Source: Candidatus Latescibacterota bacterium (GTDB lineage Bacteria > Latescibacterota > UBA2968). From it: a stretch of 64,000 nt of DNA. Positions 12,201 to 23,487 of this stretch are shown in pieces (position 1 is the stretch's first letter; each line of letters opens with the position of its first letter). A program made the translations under genes and the position numbers. The stretch spans positions 4,864,001 to 4,928,000 of the forward strand of contig OZ220741.1 of assembly GCA_965116885.1 (NCBI GenBank), read 5' to 3'. Under the pieces are notes generated by a model that was not told the DNA's origin, did not search any database, and saw only the letters and a list, made by a program, of their open reading frames with translations.

Positions 12201-14189
12201 TTACGCCACCTCTGACTTTAACCTCGCAATCTCATCGCGATATTGCGCCGCCTTCTCAAACTCCAGATTCTCAGCCGCCTCACCCATCTTGCGCGTCAAC
12301 TCTTCGATTATATCCAGCCGATTGGCACCGTCCATATACTCTGGCGACTCCTCGGCAACCATTGGCAACTCTTCTGCCTTCTCATCGGCCACAGCCGTCG
12401 TCTGAAGAATCTCTTCTCTCGTCTTGTAAAGCGTCTCAGGCGTAATGCCGTGTATAAGATTATACTCCTCCTGCAATGCCCGGCGGCGATTCGTCTCATC
12501 GATGGCGCGCTGCATCGAATCCGTCACCTTATCCGCATACATAATAACCGTACCCCTTGCATTTCGCGCGGCTCGACCAGCCGTCTGAATCAACGACCGC
12601 TCCGACCGCAAAAACCCTTCCTTATCCGCATCCAGAATAGCAACCAGCGACACCTCTGGCAGATCCAACCCCTCGCGCAGCAAATTCACGCCCACGAGCA
12701 CATCAAATTCACCCAAACGCAAATCCCTGATAATTGCCACACGCTCGAGCGAATCGACATCTGAGTGCATATAGCGCGCCTTGATACCCAACTCGCGCAT
12801 ATACTCCGACAAATCCTCTGCCATGCGCTTGGTCAGCGTCGTCACCAGCACGCGATCGCCGCGCTCCACCCGCACCCGCGATTCCTCGATAAGATCATCA
12901 ACCTGCCCCCGCACAGGTCGGACCACCATCTCGGGGTCGAGCAACCCCGTCGGACGAATCACCTGCTCCACCACCACGCCCTGACACTGTTCCAACTCGT
13001 AATCTGCAGGCGTGGCCGACATAAAAACAACCTGCTTTGCCTTCTGCTCAAACTCCTCAAAATACAACGGGCGATTGTCCAATGCCGCGGGTAATCTGAA
13101 CCCGTGCTCTATCAACACCTCTTTGCGAGACCGATCCCCATTCCACATCCCGCGCAACTGCGGAATCGTCACATGGGATTCATCCAGCACAATCAGAAAA
13201 TCATCCGAAAAATAATCCAGCAACACATAAGGAGCTTCCCCGGGTTTTCGCCCATCGATATACCGCGAATAATTTTCAATACCCTGACAAAAGCCAATCT
13301 CGCGCATCATCTCGATATCGTAGCGCGTGCGCATCTCCAGCCGCTGCGCCTCTAACAACTTGCCCTGATCGTTAAATGCCTCAAGTTGTTTGGCCAAATC
13401 CACCTCAATCTGAACAATGGCTTTCTCAATGCGATTGCCACTGGTCACAAAGTGCTTGGCCGGGTAAATAACAATGCGATCGCGCTCCGCAAGCACCTCG
13501 CCCGTCACGGGATGCACCTCGCTCAACGCGTCAATCTCATCGCCAAAAAACTCCACGCGCACCGGATGCTCGCGCTCGGGCGGATAAATTTCGACCACAT
13601 CGCCGCGCACCCGAAAAGCGGCAGGCTCAAAAGCCACATCATTGCGCGTAAAATGGATATCCACCAGCTTGCGCAACATCGCATCGCGATCCATCTCTGC
13701 ACCGCGGTCCAGAATCACCAGATGATCTTCGTATTCATCCGGATTGCCAATACCGTAAATACACGACACACTCGCCACAATGATCACATCTCGCCGCTCC
13801 ATCAAAGCACTCGTCGCGCGCAGACGCAAGCGGTTGATCTCATCGTTGATATCCGCTTCTTTTTCAATAAACGTATCCGTCACCGGCTTATAGGCTTCGG
13901 GCTGGTAATAATCGTAATACGAAATAAAATACTCCACAGCATTATTCGGGAAAAAGCTCCGAAATTCACCGTAGAGTTGCGCCGCCAGGGTTTTGTTGTG
14001 GGAAATCACGAGCGTAGGCTTTTGAACGGCTTCAATTACCTTGGACATTGAAAACGTCTTACCCGTACCCGTTGCCCCCATCAAAGTTTGGTATGGCGCA
14101 CCATCTCGAATACCCTCGGCAAGTTCTTCAATCGCCAGGGGCTGATCGCCCGCAGGCTCAAAAGGCGATATTACTTCAAATCGCGGCAT
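12201..14189 (-). CDS. uvrB: Excinuclease ABC subunit B
   Basis: [50 protein letters not shown] and a C-terminal UVR domain; ATG at 14189. Confidence 0.99.
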   Translation of the reverse strand: MPRFEVISPFEPAGDQPLAIEELAEGIRDGAPYQTLMGATGTGKTFSMSKVIEAVQKPTLVISHNKTLAAQLYGEFRSFFPNNAVEYFISYYDYYQPEAYKPVTDTFIEKEADINDEINRLRLRATSALMERRDVIIVASVSCIYGIGNPDEYEDHLVILDRGAEMDRDAMLRKLVDIHFTRNDVAFEPAAFRVRGDVVEIYPPEREHPVRVEFFGDEIDALSEVHPVTGEVLAERDRIVIYPAKHFVTSGNRIEKAIVQIEVDLAKQLEAFNDQGKLLEAQRLEMRTRYDIEMMREIGFCQGIENYSRYIDGRKPGEAPYVLLDYFSDDFLIVLDESHVTIPQLRGMWNGDRSRKEVLIEHGFRLPAALDNRPLYFEEFEQKAKQVVFMSATPADYELEQCQGVVVEQVIRPTGLLDPEMVVRPVRGQVDDLIEESRVRVERGDRVLVTTLTKRMAEDLSEYMRELGIKARYMHSDVDSLERVAIIRDLRLGEFDVLVGVNLLREGLDLPEVSLVAILDADKEGFLRSERSLIQTAGRAARNARGTVIMYADKVTDSMQRAIDETNRRRALQEEYNLIHGITPETLYKTREEILQTTAVADEKAEELPMVAEESPEYMDGANRLDIIEELTRKMGEAAENLEFEKAAQYRDEIARLKSEVA

Positions 14190-14330
14190 AGTGATTTCCC
14201 CTAAAAAAATCAGTTGTCGGTTCGCGCCTTGACTCACACCCCATAACTGCTTTAATTTAGACAGAGAATTACCGAAACGCAAGGTCAACCCCGCTATTTC
14301 TATCCGCAGGCGAGCTCGCAGGAGGTCTCC

Positions 14331-15518
14331 GTGAAAATTTTTCTCAAAAGCACCATTCTGTTCGCGCTATTTGGCCTGATGACCTGTGGGGGAAAAAGCA
14401 CAGATACACTGGGACCGGGAGACTCGGGCAATCCTTCCGCCCCCCCTGGCGACACGACATCCGGCAATACGCAAACCTCTGGCTCAATCAATCGCGAACC
14501 GCAAGCAGGTGGCAATTTTCTAAGTGACTTTCCCAAAGACAGAATTCTATCGGGTGGCGTACCGCCCGATGGCATTCCAGCACTCACCGATCCCCCATTT
14601 GTCGAACTCACATCCAGTGAAGCCGCCTACCTCAACGATGAGGATCTCGTCCTCGGCGTGGTCCTCAATGGCGAAGCCAGGGCCTATCCCCACAACATGG
14701 GCTGGTGGCACGAAATCATCAACGACGTGGTTGGCGAACAGCCCATTATTGTGAGCTTTTGCCCACTAACCGGAACGGGACTCATCTTTAGCGGACAGGG
14801 CAATGACCAATCGCGCATCCAGTGTGGGGTCTCCGGTTTGCTATTCAACAACAACCTCATTATGTACGACCGCCGCCAACAGGGAATTCTATATCCGCAG
14901 ATGATCCACATCCCGGTTGAAAGCGGAACCGAAGAATTACAACTCCTGCCCGTAATTGAAACCACCTGGCGCTACTGGAAACAACTCTATCCCGATTCCA
15001 AAGTCATCAGTGCCAATACGGGCGTTTACGCACCCAGCAGATACCAGAGCTATCCCTATGGCGACTATCGAGATCCGAATACTGCGCCGCTTTTCCCCTC
15101 CTTCCCCAGTTTGCTCGACAATCCAACCGCGCAGATATTCCCGCCCAAAACCCTCACACTGGGTATTCGTTTTGGCGAAACAGCCAAAGCCTATCCCTTT
15201 CCCACCATGGGAACAGAAGCCGTCATCAACGACGTAGTCGCGGGCAATGCCATTCTCGTCGTCTATTACCACCAGGAGCAATACGCAATACCCTTTGATC
15301 GGGCGGTCGATGGTCAAACCCTCACATTTGAGAAAGCACTTCCCCGCGACACAGTCTATCCCTTTCTCCTGCGCGACCAGGAGACGGGCAGCACCTGGAA
15401 CCTCAAAGGCGAAGCCATTGCCGGGCCACTCCAAAATAAGACCTTAGAACAACTACCTTCCCACAATGCCTTCTGGTTTGCCTGGGCAACCTTCTGGCAG
15501 AATACCGGAATTTATTAG
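14331..15518 (+). CDS. DUF3179 domain lipoprotein
   Basis: Lipobox-like [49 protein letters not shown]. Confidence 0.85.
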   Translation: MKIFLKSTILFALFGLMTCGGKSTDTLGPGDSGNPSAPPGDTTSGNTQTSGSINREPQAGGNFLSDFPKDRILSGGVPPDGIPALTDPPFVELTSSEAAYLNDEDLVLGVVLNGEARAYPHNMGWWHEIINDVVGEQPIIVSFCPLTGTGLIFSGQGNDQSRIQCGVSGLLFNNNLIMYDRRQQGILYPQMIHIPVESGTEELQLLPVIETTWRYWKQLYPDSKVISANTGVYAPSRYQSYPYGDYRDPNTAPLFPSFPSLLDNPTAQIFPPKTLTLGIRFGETAKAYPFPTMGTEAVINDVVAGNAILVVYYHQEQYAIPFDRAVDGQTLTFEKALPRDTVYPFLLRDQETGSTWNLKGEAIAGPLQNKTLEQLPSHNAFWFAWATFWQNTGIY

Positions 15519-15534
15519 ACAGACATATCCCTCT

Positions 15535-16425
15535 ATGCCCTGCTTTTATTGGCTTATCCTCTTCATACTCTTGCCTCATACCGCTTATGCAGGTGCCTGG
15601 ACACTCGCAAAAGGCCATCTCTGGGGCAAAATCACAGGTATGACGCAATCGACAAATGAAGAATATGTGGCCGTTGGAGGCGCAGGACGCGAACCCGATC
15701 TCAATCGCCTCTATGAACCCGGAGACCGCGCGCACTACCGCGAAAATGGGCATTACAATTCACAGGCACTCTTTATCGACCTGTTTTACGGCCTGCGTGA
15801 TCGCATCGACATCGGCATACAAATCCCCTACTATCGCCGGGAATTTGAAAACGTCGGCTTCAGACCGGCGAATATCGCATCGGATTTTGGTGACATACGC
15901 GGATTTGCCAAAATCAACATTGCCCAAAATCCTGTTGTGGGCACAATAAAATTTGGAACCAAAGCCCCCACAGGCAAGTTTCAAAACCAGGATGGAATTA
16001 TTTCCGCAGGTGAAGGCCAATGGGATTTTGAATTAACTGCACAAATCGGCCGATCTTTTTGGCCCTTTCCAATGTACGCCAACATCGATATGGGGTATCG
16101 CGTCCGCCTGCAAAACAATACCACCCATTACGACCCCGGCGACGAGTGGTTTTTGAACTCAGAAATAGGTTATAATCCCATCGACAAACTCATCATCATC
16201 CTCAAATTAGAGGGCATCAGAGGTAGGCCATCCCGCGTATTGGGCCTCCAACTATCCAGTGATATCAGGCGCATAACCTATTTCGCGCCCACGCTCCTCA
16301 TAGGCCCCTTTCAAAACCTGAGCTTCGAAACCTCGGTGCGTATAACCGCTGGTGGGCGCAACTTCCCCGCCGGTCATATATGGACCGCAGGGATTTCATA
16401 CTCGGGTCTCATGGGCAAAATGTGA
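15535..16425 (+). CDS. Putative outer-membrane beta-barrel (transporter-like), paralog 1
   Basis: Signal peptide ending AYA-GAWTL; GDIRGFAK and KAPTG; alternating beta-strand pattern. Confidence 0.7.
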   Translation: MPCFYWLILFILLPHTAYAGAWTLAKGHLWGKITGMTQSTNEEYVAVGGAGREPDLNRLYEPGDRAHYRENGHYNSQALFIDLFYGLRDRIDIGIQIPYYRREFENVGFRPANIASDFGDIRGFAKINIAQNPVVGTIKFGTKAPTGKFQNQDGIISAGEGQWDFELTAQIGRSFWPFPMYANIDMGYRVRLQNNTTHYDPGDEWFLNSEIGYNPIDKLIIILKLEGIRGRPSRVLGLQLSSDIRRITYFAPTLLIGPFQNLSFETSVRITAGGRNFPAGHIWTAGISYSGLMGKM

Positions 16426-16591
16426 CGCGACCACGCGCTCGGATTTACGCATCTATCCACAATGTACCTGTTTACTCCATTTCCAAACATTTGCAAAATA
16501 GCCATCTTTTATTTATCTTCGCACCTGAGCAGTTTAAACAGCGGACCGATTACCGCTGGGCTGCTTATGGTAAAACACTTTATTAGAAAGG

Positions 16592-17491
16592 ATGGAAATG
16601 ACCACTTCCACGTCACAGTTTACCCCGTGTATAAAGTTCCTTCTCGCCATCGCGCTTTGTGCCCTTTTACCACATACTGCTTATGCAGGTGCGTGGACAC
16701 TTCAAAAGGGCCATTTTTGGGGCAAAATTACGACCTTAATTACATCGACCTCAGAAAGATATAACGCGGAAGGAAATACAGGTGGATTTGGACCAGCAAC
16801 TGCAGCTGCTGTCTATAAGTCACAATCCGTGTATCTCGACTTTTTTTACGGCATAAACGACCGCGTTGACATTGGAATACAAATCCCCTTTATCAGCAAT
16901 AAATACGATCACGACAATTTTAATTTTCCGAGTTTTATTGCTCTGGACGCATCGGGTATTGGTGACATTCGCGGATTTGCCAAAATCAACCTCGTGCAAC
17001 AAGATGTTGTGGCAACCCTAAAATTGGGATTCAAAGCCCCAACAGGCGCTTATGACGATGGGCAAGACCCCGCGGGTGCATATAAAAATGAGGGCATGTC
17101 CGTGGGATCGGGCCAATCAGATATTGACTTGATTCTGCAATTGGGACGGTCTTTCTATCCCGCTCCCGTTTACGCCAATCTCGACCTGGGGTATCGTGTC
17201 CGCATGGAAAACAGTACCAGCGGATTTAACCCAGGTGAAGAGATAATTTACAATGCCGAAATCGGTGTCAATCCCACCGACATACTCCTCCTCGCGCTCA
17301 AATTAGAAGGCATCGCTGGCGCAGAAGGCAGCAGGGGGAATGACGATATAGGCATCACATATCTTGCCCCCACAGTGTTCATTAATGTGCATCAAAATCT
17401 GAGTATTGAAGCCTCGGTGCGCATCCCTGTTGCCGGACGCAATTTCTTCGGTGGTCGCTTGTGGGGCGTAGGGCTCTATTTTCAAAAGTAA
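16592..17491 (+). CDS. Putative outer-membrane beta-barrel (transporter-like), paralog 2
   Basis: Shares PHTAYAGAWTL.KGH.WGKIT, GDIRGFAKIN, KAPTG, GRSF and YAN.D.GYRVR with the upstream gene. Confidence 0.7.
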   Translation: MEMTTSTSQFTPCIKFLLAIALCALLPHTAYAGAWTLQKGHFWGKITTLITSTSERYNAEGNTGGFGPATAAAVYKSQSVYLDFFYGINDRVDIGIQIPFISNKYDHDNFNFPSFIALDASGIGDIRGFAKINLVQQDVVATLKLGFKAPTGAYDDGQDPAGAYKNEGMSVGSGQSDIDLILQLGRSFYPAPVYANLDLGYRVRMENSTSGFNPGEEIIYNAEIGVNPTDILLLALKLEGIAGAEGSRGNDDIGITYLAPTVFINVHQNLSIEASVRIPVAGRNFFGGRLWGVGLYFQK

Positions 17492-17517
17492 TCTGTAACT
17501 GTACAGCGAGTAAATTT

Positions 17518-17550
17518 GAGCGGGTGGAGGTTTCACCCGCTCTTCTTTTT
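17518..17550 (+). terminator. Rho-independent terminator between convergent genes
   Basis: GAGCGGGTG-loop-CACCCGCTC followed by TTCTTTTT. Confidence 0.8.
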
Positions 17551-18755
17551 TACAAAATCACGTGCTCCCCGCCCGTACTCAAACGCCCGTGATCCCAGGG
17601 CGTAATCCAATCTTCGGCAATATCCATTCCAAATCCCGGCGCATCCGACGGCACCAGGTAGCCATCTTTGGGCACGGGGACGCCCGGCATCCGCGCGACC
17701 TCTTTTAGAGGCACCCCCACGGGTGTACTCAAATGAAATTCACACAGAGTACACTCGGGCATCGCATAGCAAAAATGCTGTCCATAAGCCGAATTACAGC
17801 CCCCGTGCGGACTGCTCTTAATGCCGGCGGCTTCGGCAATGTGGTGAATCTTCACGGCTTCGGTCATCCCCCCACACCAGTGCAAATCGGGTTGCACGAC
17901 ATCCACACAGCGATTCTCCACGAGTTGGCGAAACGGAATCCGCGTGTGGTGATCCTCACCGGTTGCAATGGGAATCCAGGTCATGGCTTTTTTCAATTGA
18001 ATATGCCCTTCGAGGTCTTCTGGAAACAGCGGCTCTTCCATCCACTTCAATTCGTAGGGCCTGAGCCGCTCTCCCAGACGAATGGCAAACTCCACATCGT
18101 AAGCCATCACGGGATTGATCATCAGTTCGGCATTTTTTCCCACAGTTTCTCGCGCAAGGGCGACCTTTTCCTCCATAATATTTATACCCGTGATACCCTG
18201 TTCGTAATGCACGGGATTCGTAATTTTAAACGCCTCAAAACCAAGCTCCATCGACCAATCGAGATCATCGCCTGTACAATAACACCGAATTTTCTCGCGA
18301 GACGGTCCCCCGAGCAATCTGTAAACGGGCTGGTCGAGCAACTTCCCTTTCAAATCCCACAAAGCCAGATCAATTGCACTCTGCGCGCAAGCAGACAACC
18401 CCAGCGACCCGTGCCTTTTGGAAGCCCGCCACATCATATCGTTGAGATGCTCGGTAGCAAAACAATCCCGGCCCTGCAGCAAGGGCGCGTAAAAAGCATC
18501 GACCAATGCGGCAACGGGCTCACCAAATCCCGTTCTGCCCAGACCCCATGTCCCATCCTCAGCCGTTATTTTAACCCACACGCCTCGCCCGCCAATACCC
18601 GGCGACTTGCTCGGCACATCTGGCGAAAACTCCGGATATTTATTCATCGGCAGGCCAATCGGCGACGAATGCCGCCAGCTCGAACGGCGCGCGGGTGTTA
18701 TCGGTTTCTGTTGTGGAATGGAAACATTCACAGCTTCAATGGATTTAATCTTCAC
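17550..18755 (-). CDS. Enolase-superfamily acid-sugar dehydratase (L-rhamnonate dehydratase-like)
   Basis: SAIDLALWDLKGK, WMEEPL, ATGEDH, VVQPDLHWCGG, PGFG. Confidence 0.88.
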   Translation of the reverse strand: MKIKSIEAVNVSIPQQKPITPARRSSWRHSSPIGLPMNKYPEFSPDVPSKSPGIGGRGVWVKITAEDGTWGLGRTGFGEPVAALVDAFYAPLLQGRDCFATEHLNDMMWRASKRHGSLGLSACAQSAIDLALWDLKGKLLDQPVYRLLGGPSREKIRCYCTGDDLDWSMELGFEAFKITNPVHYEQGITGINIMEEKVALARETVGKNAELMINPVMAYDVEFAIRLGERLRPYELKWMEEPLFPEDLEGHIQLKKAMTWIPIATGEDHHTRIPFRQLVENRCVDVVQPDLHWCGGMTEAVKIHHIAEAAGIKSSPHGGCNSAYGQHFCYAMPECTLCEFHLSTPVGVPLKEVARMPGVPVPKDGYLVPSDAPGFGMDIAEDWITPWDHGRLSTGGEHVIL

Positions 18756-18767
18756 AATTCCTCCTAT

Positions 18768-19373
18768 TCATGTGTTTAGCATATAGCCAAAAATGAAAAA
18801 CGCGACCCCAGCCCCCACAATACTACCCACCAGAATCTGAGAGAGAGAATGAGCCTGTAATACGAACCGCGCCCACGAAACCAGACCCGCGGGAACAACC
18901 GCCCACCAGCTACCATAGAGCGCGATCACCACACCACAGGCAGCCCAAAGCCCCATGGCGTGTAAGCTAATTTTCCATCGCATCGTTATCAACAGCGCGA
19001 TCGTACCCTGAACTGCGACACAGACCATCAGCGCGTATAGCGCGGGCGGCGAGTGTATCAGATACAGAACACCAACACCCACCCAGGAACTCGCAAAATA
19101 AAAGAAAAGCGGTCGCAGCCGGTCGCGGCGTTCTGGAATAAACAGCTCGCTAATCTCACCTCGACGACGCATGTACAATACCACACCCCAGGGCGCGAAA
19201 ACAGTGAAAAAAAGCGCGATCAAAACACACAGCACACTCCAGGTACCCGAACCAGGCGCCTCAAGGGACACCAGCACAATCACAACCCCCAGCACAAATA
19301 CGGGATTTAAAACCCGAGAAACGCACATGGCAAATTTCTCTTTATTGACCATAAGCCTTCCCATCACTTTCAT
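18768..19373 (-). CDS. PAP2-like membrane protein
   Basis: Multiple TM segments; WKISLH and WARFVLQAHSLSQILVG; start uncertain. Confidence 0.7.
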   Translation of the reverse strand: MKVMGRLMVNKEKFAMCVSRVLNPVFVLGVVIVLVSLEAPGSGTWSVLCVLIALFFTVFAPWGVVLYMRRRGEISELFIPERRDRLRPLFFYFASSWVGVGVLYLIHSPPALYALMVCVAVQGTIALLITMRWKISLHAMGLWAACGVVIALYGSWWAVVPAGLVSWARFVLQAHSLSQILVGSIVGAGVAFFIFGYMLNT

Positions 19374-19514
19374 ACAAAATAATGAACCCTGCTCAGAAAA
19401 TCAAAACTCAAGTTTTTGCTCTCGGATACGATACCTTGACAACACCATTGCATTAAACTATTTTGCTGACATTATTCACTGATTTGGCAAAGGGTTAGAA
19501 AAGAGGAGCATAAC

Positions 19515-20306
19515 ATGACACCTGAAACTGCCCTGAAAACGCGGGAGAACATGCTCCGCGATGGGTACTGCGTCATCGACGATATTTTGACAGACGAGTT
19601 CCTCGAAGAACTGCGCGAAGAATCCGAGCGGTTAATTGCCAATCACTACGAACACGAGGAATTTAGATATCAGGGTCAACACGTGAATGTGCGCGGTGAA
19701 GACAATCCAATCATCCAAAAGCTACTCGACTGGGAACCATCGCGGCGGGCACTCGAACAACTGGGCTTTGGTGATTTTCAAACCGGAGGCGGCATCATCA
19801 TCCTCACCAAAGAACCCAAAGGACCACCGCTCTACTGGCACCAGGACTGGATGCAATGGAACGACCCCATCAGTTGCTCTCCCTGGCCGCAGATCATATT
19901 TCTGAACTATTATCTAACCGATACCGCAGTAGAAAACGGCTGTTTGAAAGTCATCCCCGGCACCCACCGCAAGCGCATACCACTCCACGATCAACTGGTG
20001 CCCGCACACGAACAGGGTGCCCGATTTATAGAAGAAACCCATCCCATCATGTTCAGCAATCACCCGGATGAGGTCAATGTCCCCATCTCTGCGCGCTCGC
20101 TGGTATTGGGCGATGCCCGCATCCTGCACTCTGCCGGAAGAAATTACACAGACGAGCGCAGAACCCTGATCCTCGCCTGGCACAGACGCCCTACCACTGA
20201 TGTGCCAGACTACTGGAAAGGGGATATCCCCGAAGTCATAGCCAACCGCGACCCCGATCAAAAGTACGAGGGATCGCGCATCCCCGGCAAATACCTCAAA
20301 CCGTAA
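19515..20306 (+). CDS. Phytanoyl-CoA dioxygenase (PhyH) family Fe/2OG enzyme
   Basis: DGYCVI, WHQD, ENGCLKVIPGTH, ILHSAGRN. Confidence 0.9.
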   Translation: MTPETALKTRENMLRDGYCVIDDILTDEFLEELREESERLIANHYEHEEFRYQGQHVNVRGEDNPIIQKLLDWEPSRRALEQLGFGDFQTGGGIIILTKEPKGPPLYWHQDWMQWNDPISCSPWPQIIFLNYYLTDTAVENGCLKVIPGTHRKRIPLHDQLVPAHEQGARFIEETHPIMFSNHPDEVNVPISARSLVLGDARILHSAGRNYTDERRTLILAWHRRPTTDVPDYWKGDIPEVIANRDPDQKYEGSRIPGKYLKP

Positions 20307-20322
20307 AAGAAAAGGCCATAGT

Positions 20323-21327
20323 ATGCAAGCCACAGCACTCATCGCCCATGAGGGTCCTACCTTTGCCTGTGAAGACATCATTCTTCCCGATCCACGCCCC
20401 GACCAAATCGCGGTACAAACCCGGTATTCCGGCGTCAGCATCGGCACTGAATTTGCCGCCATCACCCGAAAGCTCGACTACGGTCCATATCCCCTGTGTA
20501 CGGGCTATCAGGCCGTCGGCACTGTCGAACACGTCGGCAAAGACGCGACCGGCTTCGCTGTTGGTGACCGCGTCTATTACCGCTGGAACCGCGTTTTCTC
20601 CCTCGCTTCATCTGGTCAGAAAGTCTCTGCCAGCCAGGGCGCGCACACCTCTGCCGCAGTCCTGGACACACAGGGACCGCGAGCCTTTGTCGCTCACCTG
20701 CCCAAAGGCGTCGATGAAGCCGCCGCCAGCTCATTTGTCATGCCCGCCGTGGGACTCAACGGCGTGGATATGGCCAACCCCCGAATGGGTGACCGCGTTG
20801 TCGTGTACGGCTGTGGCCTCGTGGGTCTGGGCGTCGTCGCTGCATGCAGCCACCGGGGCTGTGAAGTCATCGCCATAGACCTGGAGGCCAACCGCCTCGA
20901 CATCGCGCAAAAACTCGGCGCCGACCACCTTATTCAGAGCGCGGATGCAAATCAGGCTGTCCGCGACATCGCCTCCGACGGTGCCGATGTCGTCTTCGAA
21001 TGCACGGGCATACCCGCCTGCATTGATCCGGCCATCGCCCTTTGCCGCACCCATGGAACCTTCATCCTTCAGGGCAACTACGGTCGCCACCCCATCTCTT
21101 ACAACTTTTTACCGCCCCACGGGAAACGCCTCACCATGTACTATCCCTGCAACGATGGCGAAGCCCCCTGCCGCCGCGCCGTCATCAAAAACATGAGTAC
21201 TGGTGTTCTTCCCTGGCATCACACCATCACCCATGAGGTCGCGTCTTCAGATGCACCGAAGCTCTATCGCGATATCCTCAATGGCGAAGCCAAAAGCGTT
21301 GTCGGTGCCGTCATCAGGTGGTTCTAA
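20323..21327 (+). CDS. MDR/zinc-binding dehydrogenase family protein
   Basis: SGVSIGTE, GYQAVG, GCGLVG Rossmann motif, GADVVFECTG. Confidence 0.88.
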   Translation: MQATALIAHEGPTFACEDIILPDPRPDQIAVQTRYSGVSIGTEFAAITRKLDYGPYPLCTGYQAVGTVEHVGKDATGFAVGDRVYYRWNRVFSLASSGQKVSASQGAHTSAAVLDTQGPRAFVAHLPKGVDEAAASSFVMPAVGLNGVDMANPRMGDRVVVYGCGLVGLGVVAACSHRGCEVIAIDLEANRLDIAQKLGADHLIQSADANQAVRDIASDGADVVFECTGIPACIDPAIALCRTHGTFILQGNYGRHPISYNFLPPHGKRLTMYYPCNDGEAPCRRAVIKNMSTGVLPWHHTITHEVASSDAPKLYRDILNGEAKSVVGAVIRWF

Positions 21328-21343
21328 AAAAGGAGCAATCACA

Positions 21344-22396
21344 ATGGACAACTTAAAAGTTGGAATTATCGGTCTGGGTGGCATTGCCCGGTCCCACTGC
21401 GATGCCATTGAAACTCTGGACAACGTCGAAATCGTCGCCGTTGCCGACCTCATTGAGGAAAAGCGCCGCGAATACATGGGCAAATACGACATTCCCAAAG
21501 GCTATCCCTCCCACACCGACCTCTTGAAGGACCCCGAAATCAATGCGGTCGCCATCACTCTGGGCCACCAACTCCACCATCGCCTCACCGTTGATGCCTG
21601 CAAAGCTGGCAAACACGTCCTGGTAGAAAAACCCATGGCGATCAGCCTGGAACAATGCGACAACATGGTCGCTGCTGCCGCCGATAATGGGGTCAAACTC
21701 ATGGTCGGCCTGACACAGCACTACTATGGCACCAGCATAAAAGCAAAAGAAATACTGGACTCTGGCGCACTGGGACCCGTCATCACCGCCGTGTGTTACA
21801 TGTCCAAAAACTGGAGCTACGCCGGTCGTCGCCCGCAGTACCGCAGCCGATACCACGGCGGGGGCATGTGGTTGACCAATGGCGTACACGTAGTAGATCG
21901 CCTCACCTGGATGATGGGCTCACAGGCAGTATCCGTCTCAGCCGCTATTGGAACCCGCGCCCACTATCAGGCCGCAGATGACTCTGCCACGGCCTTTATC
22001 CGTTATAAAAATGGTCTGGCAGGCATTGCCGTAGCCGTTGGCTTTGCAGATGGCGCGCCCGACTACGAATGCCAGGTTATCTGTGCAAATGGCACATTGC
22101 GCTTTACCGAACACGGCGACAAATACGTCAAAGTCGGAAAAAACAATCAATGGGAAAGCGTCCCTTTCGACGAGCCGCCCTCGACCATGCACAACGAGTG
22201 GAAAGCCTTTGCCGAAGCCATTGCCCTGGACATTGAACCACCCACCCACGGCGAATGGGCGCGTCACATTATGGAAATTCTATTCGCCGCCGAACAATCT
22301 GCCATCACCGGTCGAGAAGTCGCATTGGAAAGCGGACCGGGCTGGTTCAACCAGCGCTCTGGCTCGCCCGTGACAACGCAACACGGCTGGATATGA
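21344..22396 (+). CDS. Gfo/Idh/MocA oxidoreductase
   Basis: GIIGLGGIA, GKHVLVEKPMA, GGGMWLTNGVHVVD; ATG at 21344 after AGGAG. Confidence 0.92.
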   Translation: MDNLKVGIIGLGGIARSHCDAIETLDNVEIVAVADLIEEKRREYMGKYDIPKGYPSHTDLLKDPEINAVAITLGHQLHHRLTVDACKAGKHVLVEKPMAISLEQCDNMVAAAADNGVKLMVGLTQHYYGTSIKAKEILDSGALGPVITAVCYMSKNWSYAGRRPQYRSRYHGGGMWLTNGVHVVDRLTWMMGSQAVSVSAAIGTRAHYQAADDSATAFIRYKNGLAGIAVAVGFADGAPDYECQVICANGTLRFTEHGDKYVKVGKNNQWESVPFDEPPSTMHNEWKAFAEAIALDIEPPTHGEWARHIMEILFAAEQSAITGREVALESGPGWFNQRSGSPVTTQHGWI

Positions 22397-23487
22397 AAAT
22401 TTTATTTGTCGCGCAGTATGGCCCCTTAGCTGCCAGCAGCCGCACGCGGGTTTTCGATTATTTGCCCCTGTTGCGTCGGGCGGGTGTCACCTGTGATGTC
22501 AAAGTCGTGACCCCCGATGACCTGGTCAAACGCAATACCAGAGGCATTTTTTCACGTCTTTTGTATTATGTATTGTCCTATTTACGCACCTTATGGACGG
22601 GATGGGTTTGCGTGTTTACAGCACCGAAATACGACGCCATACTGCTTCAAAAAGTGTTATTTTCATTTCCCACACCGCGCCTGTTGCGCCGATACAGACA
22701 CAAAATATTCTTCGATTTCGACGACGCCATCTTTACACTCGAAAACCCCAACGCGGGATGGGTCAATCAGTTGCGAACCCGGCGGCGCGCAATGGGCGTA
22801 CCCGCGATGTTGCAAACCGCACACTGCGCCATCGTAGAAAATGCCTATACCGCTGAATTTGCAGCCCGTTATTGTCCTCGTGTTTCGCAGATCACGGGGC
22901 CCATTGATACCACACGTTATATCCCTAAAAAAAAAGCGGTGGATAAGAAAGTCGTATTGGGATGGATTGGGAGCCAGTGGACAACGCGGTATTTGGACCT
23001 GATACGAGACCCATTGGTCGCTCTCGCGCGACAATATCCCAATTTGGAATTGCGTTTAATTGGTGCGGGTGATTTTGATGTACCAGGCCTGCAAATCGCG
23101 CGCCTGGACTGGACACTGGAAACCGAAGTTGCTTATTTGCAGACATTTGACATTGGCTTGATGCCCCTACCCAACGATCCTTTTACGCGGGGTAAAGGAG
23201 GGTACAAACTGCTGCAATACATGGCCTGCGGATTGCCCGTAGTGGCGAGTCCTGTCGAAATCAACTGCGAAATCGTCACCCATGGAAAAACCGGATTTTT
23301 GGCCGGGGCAGACGCCGAGTGGATCGAATTTTTGGGTACATTGATCGAAAATAAAACCCTGCGCAATCGCATGGGGGCTGCTGGTCGCGCTCGTGTGATC
23401 GCGCATTACGCACTCGAAAAAAGCAGCGAACAACTGCTCGCCCTTCTGCAGCGGAGCATACGCCAATGCGACACGCTTTCACAGTAG
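22393..23487 (+). CDS. Glycosyltransferase family 4
   Basis: ASSRTR, FDFDDAIF, GWIGS, DIGLMPL, GKGGYKLLQYMACGLPVVAS. Confidence 0.92.
   Translation: MKILFVAQYGPLAASSRTRVFDYLPLLRRAGVTCDVKVVTPDDLVKRNTRGIFSRLLYYVLSYLRTLWTGWVCVFTAPKYDAILLQKVLFSFPTPRLLRRYRHKIFFDFDDAIFTLENPNAGWVNQLRTRRRAMGVPAMLQTAHCAIVENAYTAEFAARYCPRVSQITGPIDTTRYIPKKKAVDKKVVLGWIGSQWTTRYLDLIRDPLVALARQYPNLELRLIGAGDFDVPGLQIARLDWTLETEVAYLQTFDIGLMPLPNDPFTRGKGGYKLLQYMACGLPVVASPVEINCEIVTHGKTGFLAGADAEWIEFLGTLIENKTLRNRMGAAGRARVIAHYALEKSSEQLLALLQRSIRQCDTLSQ

Noticed and set aside
14331..15518. Possible selenoprotein (some DUF3179 members are reported to use Sec)
   Set aside because: No in-frame TGA; the ORF is complete and ends at TAG.
17733..18779. 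Long antisense ORFs (also 37157-38014, 44970-45995, 55760-56818, 60998-62029)
   Set aside because: They lie opposite well-supported genes and show no motifs; expected from codon bias.
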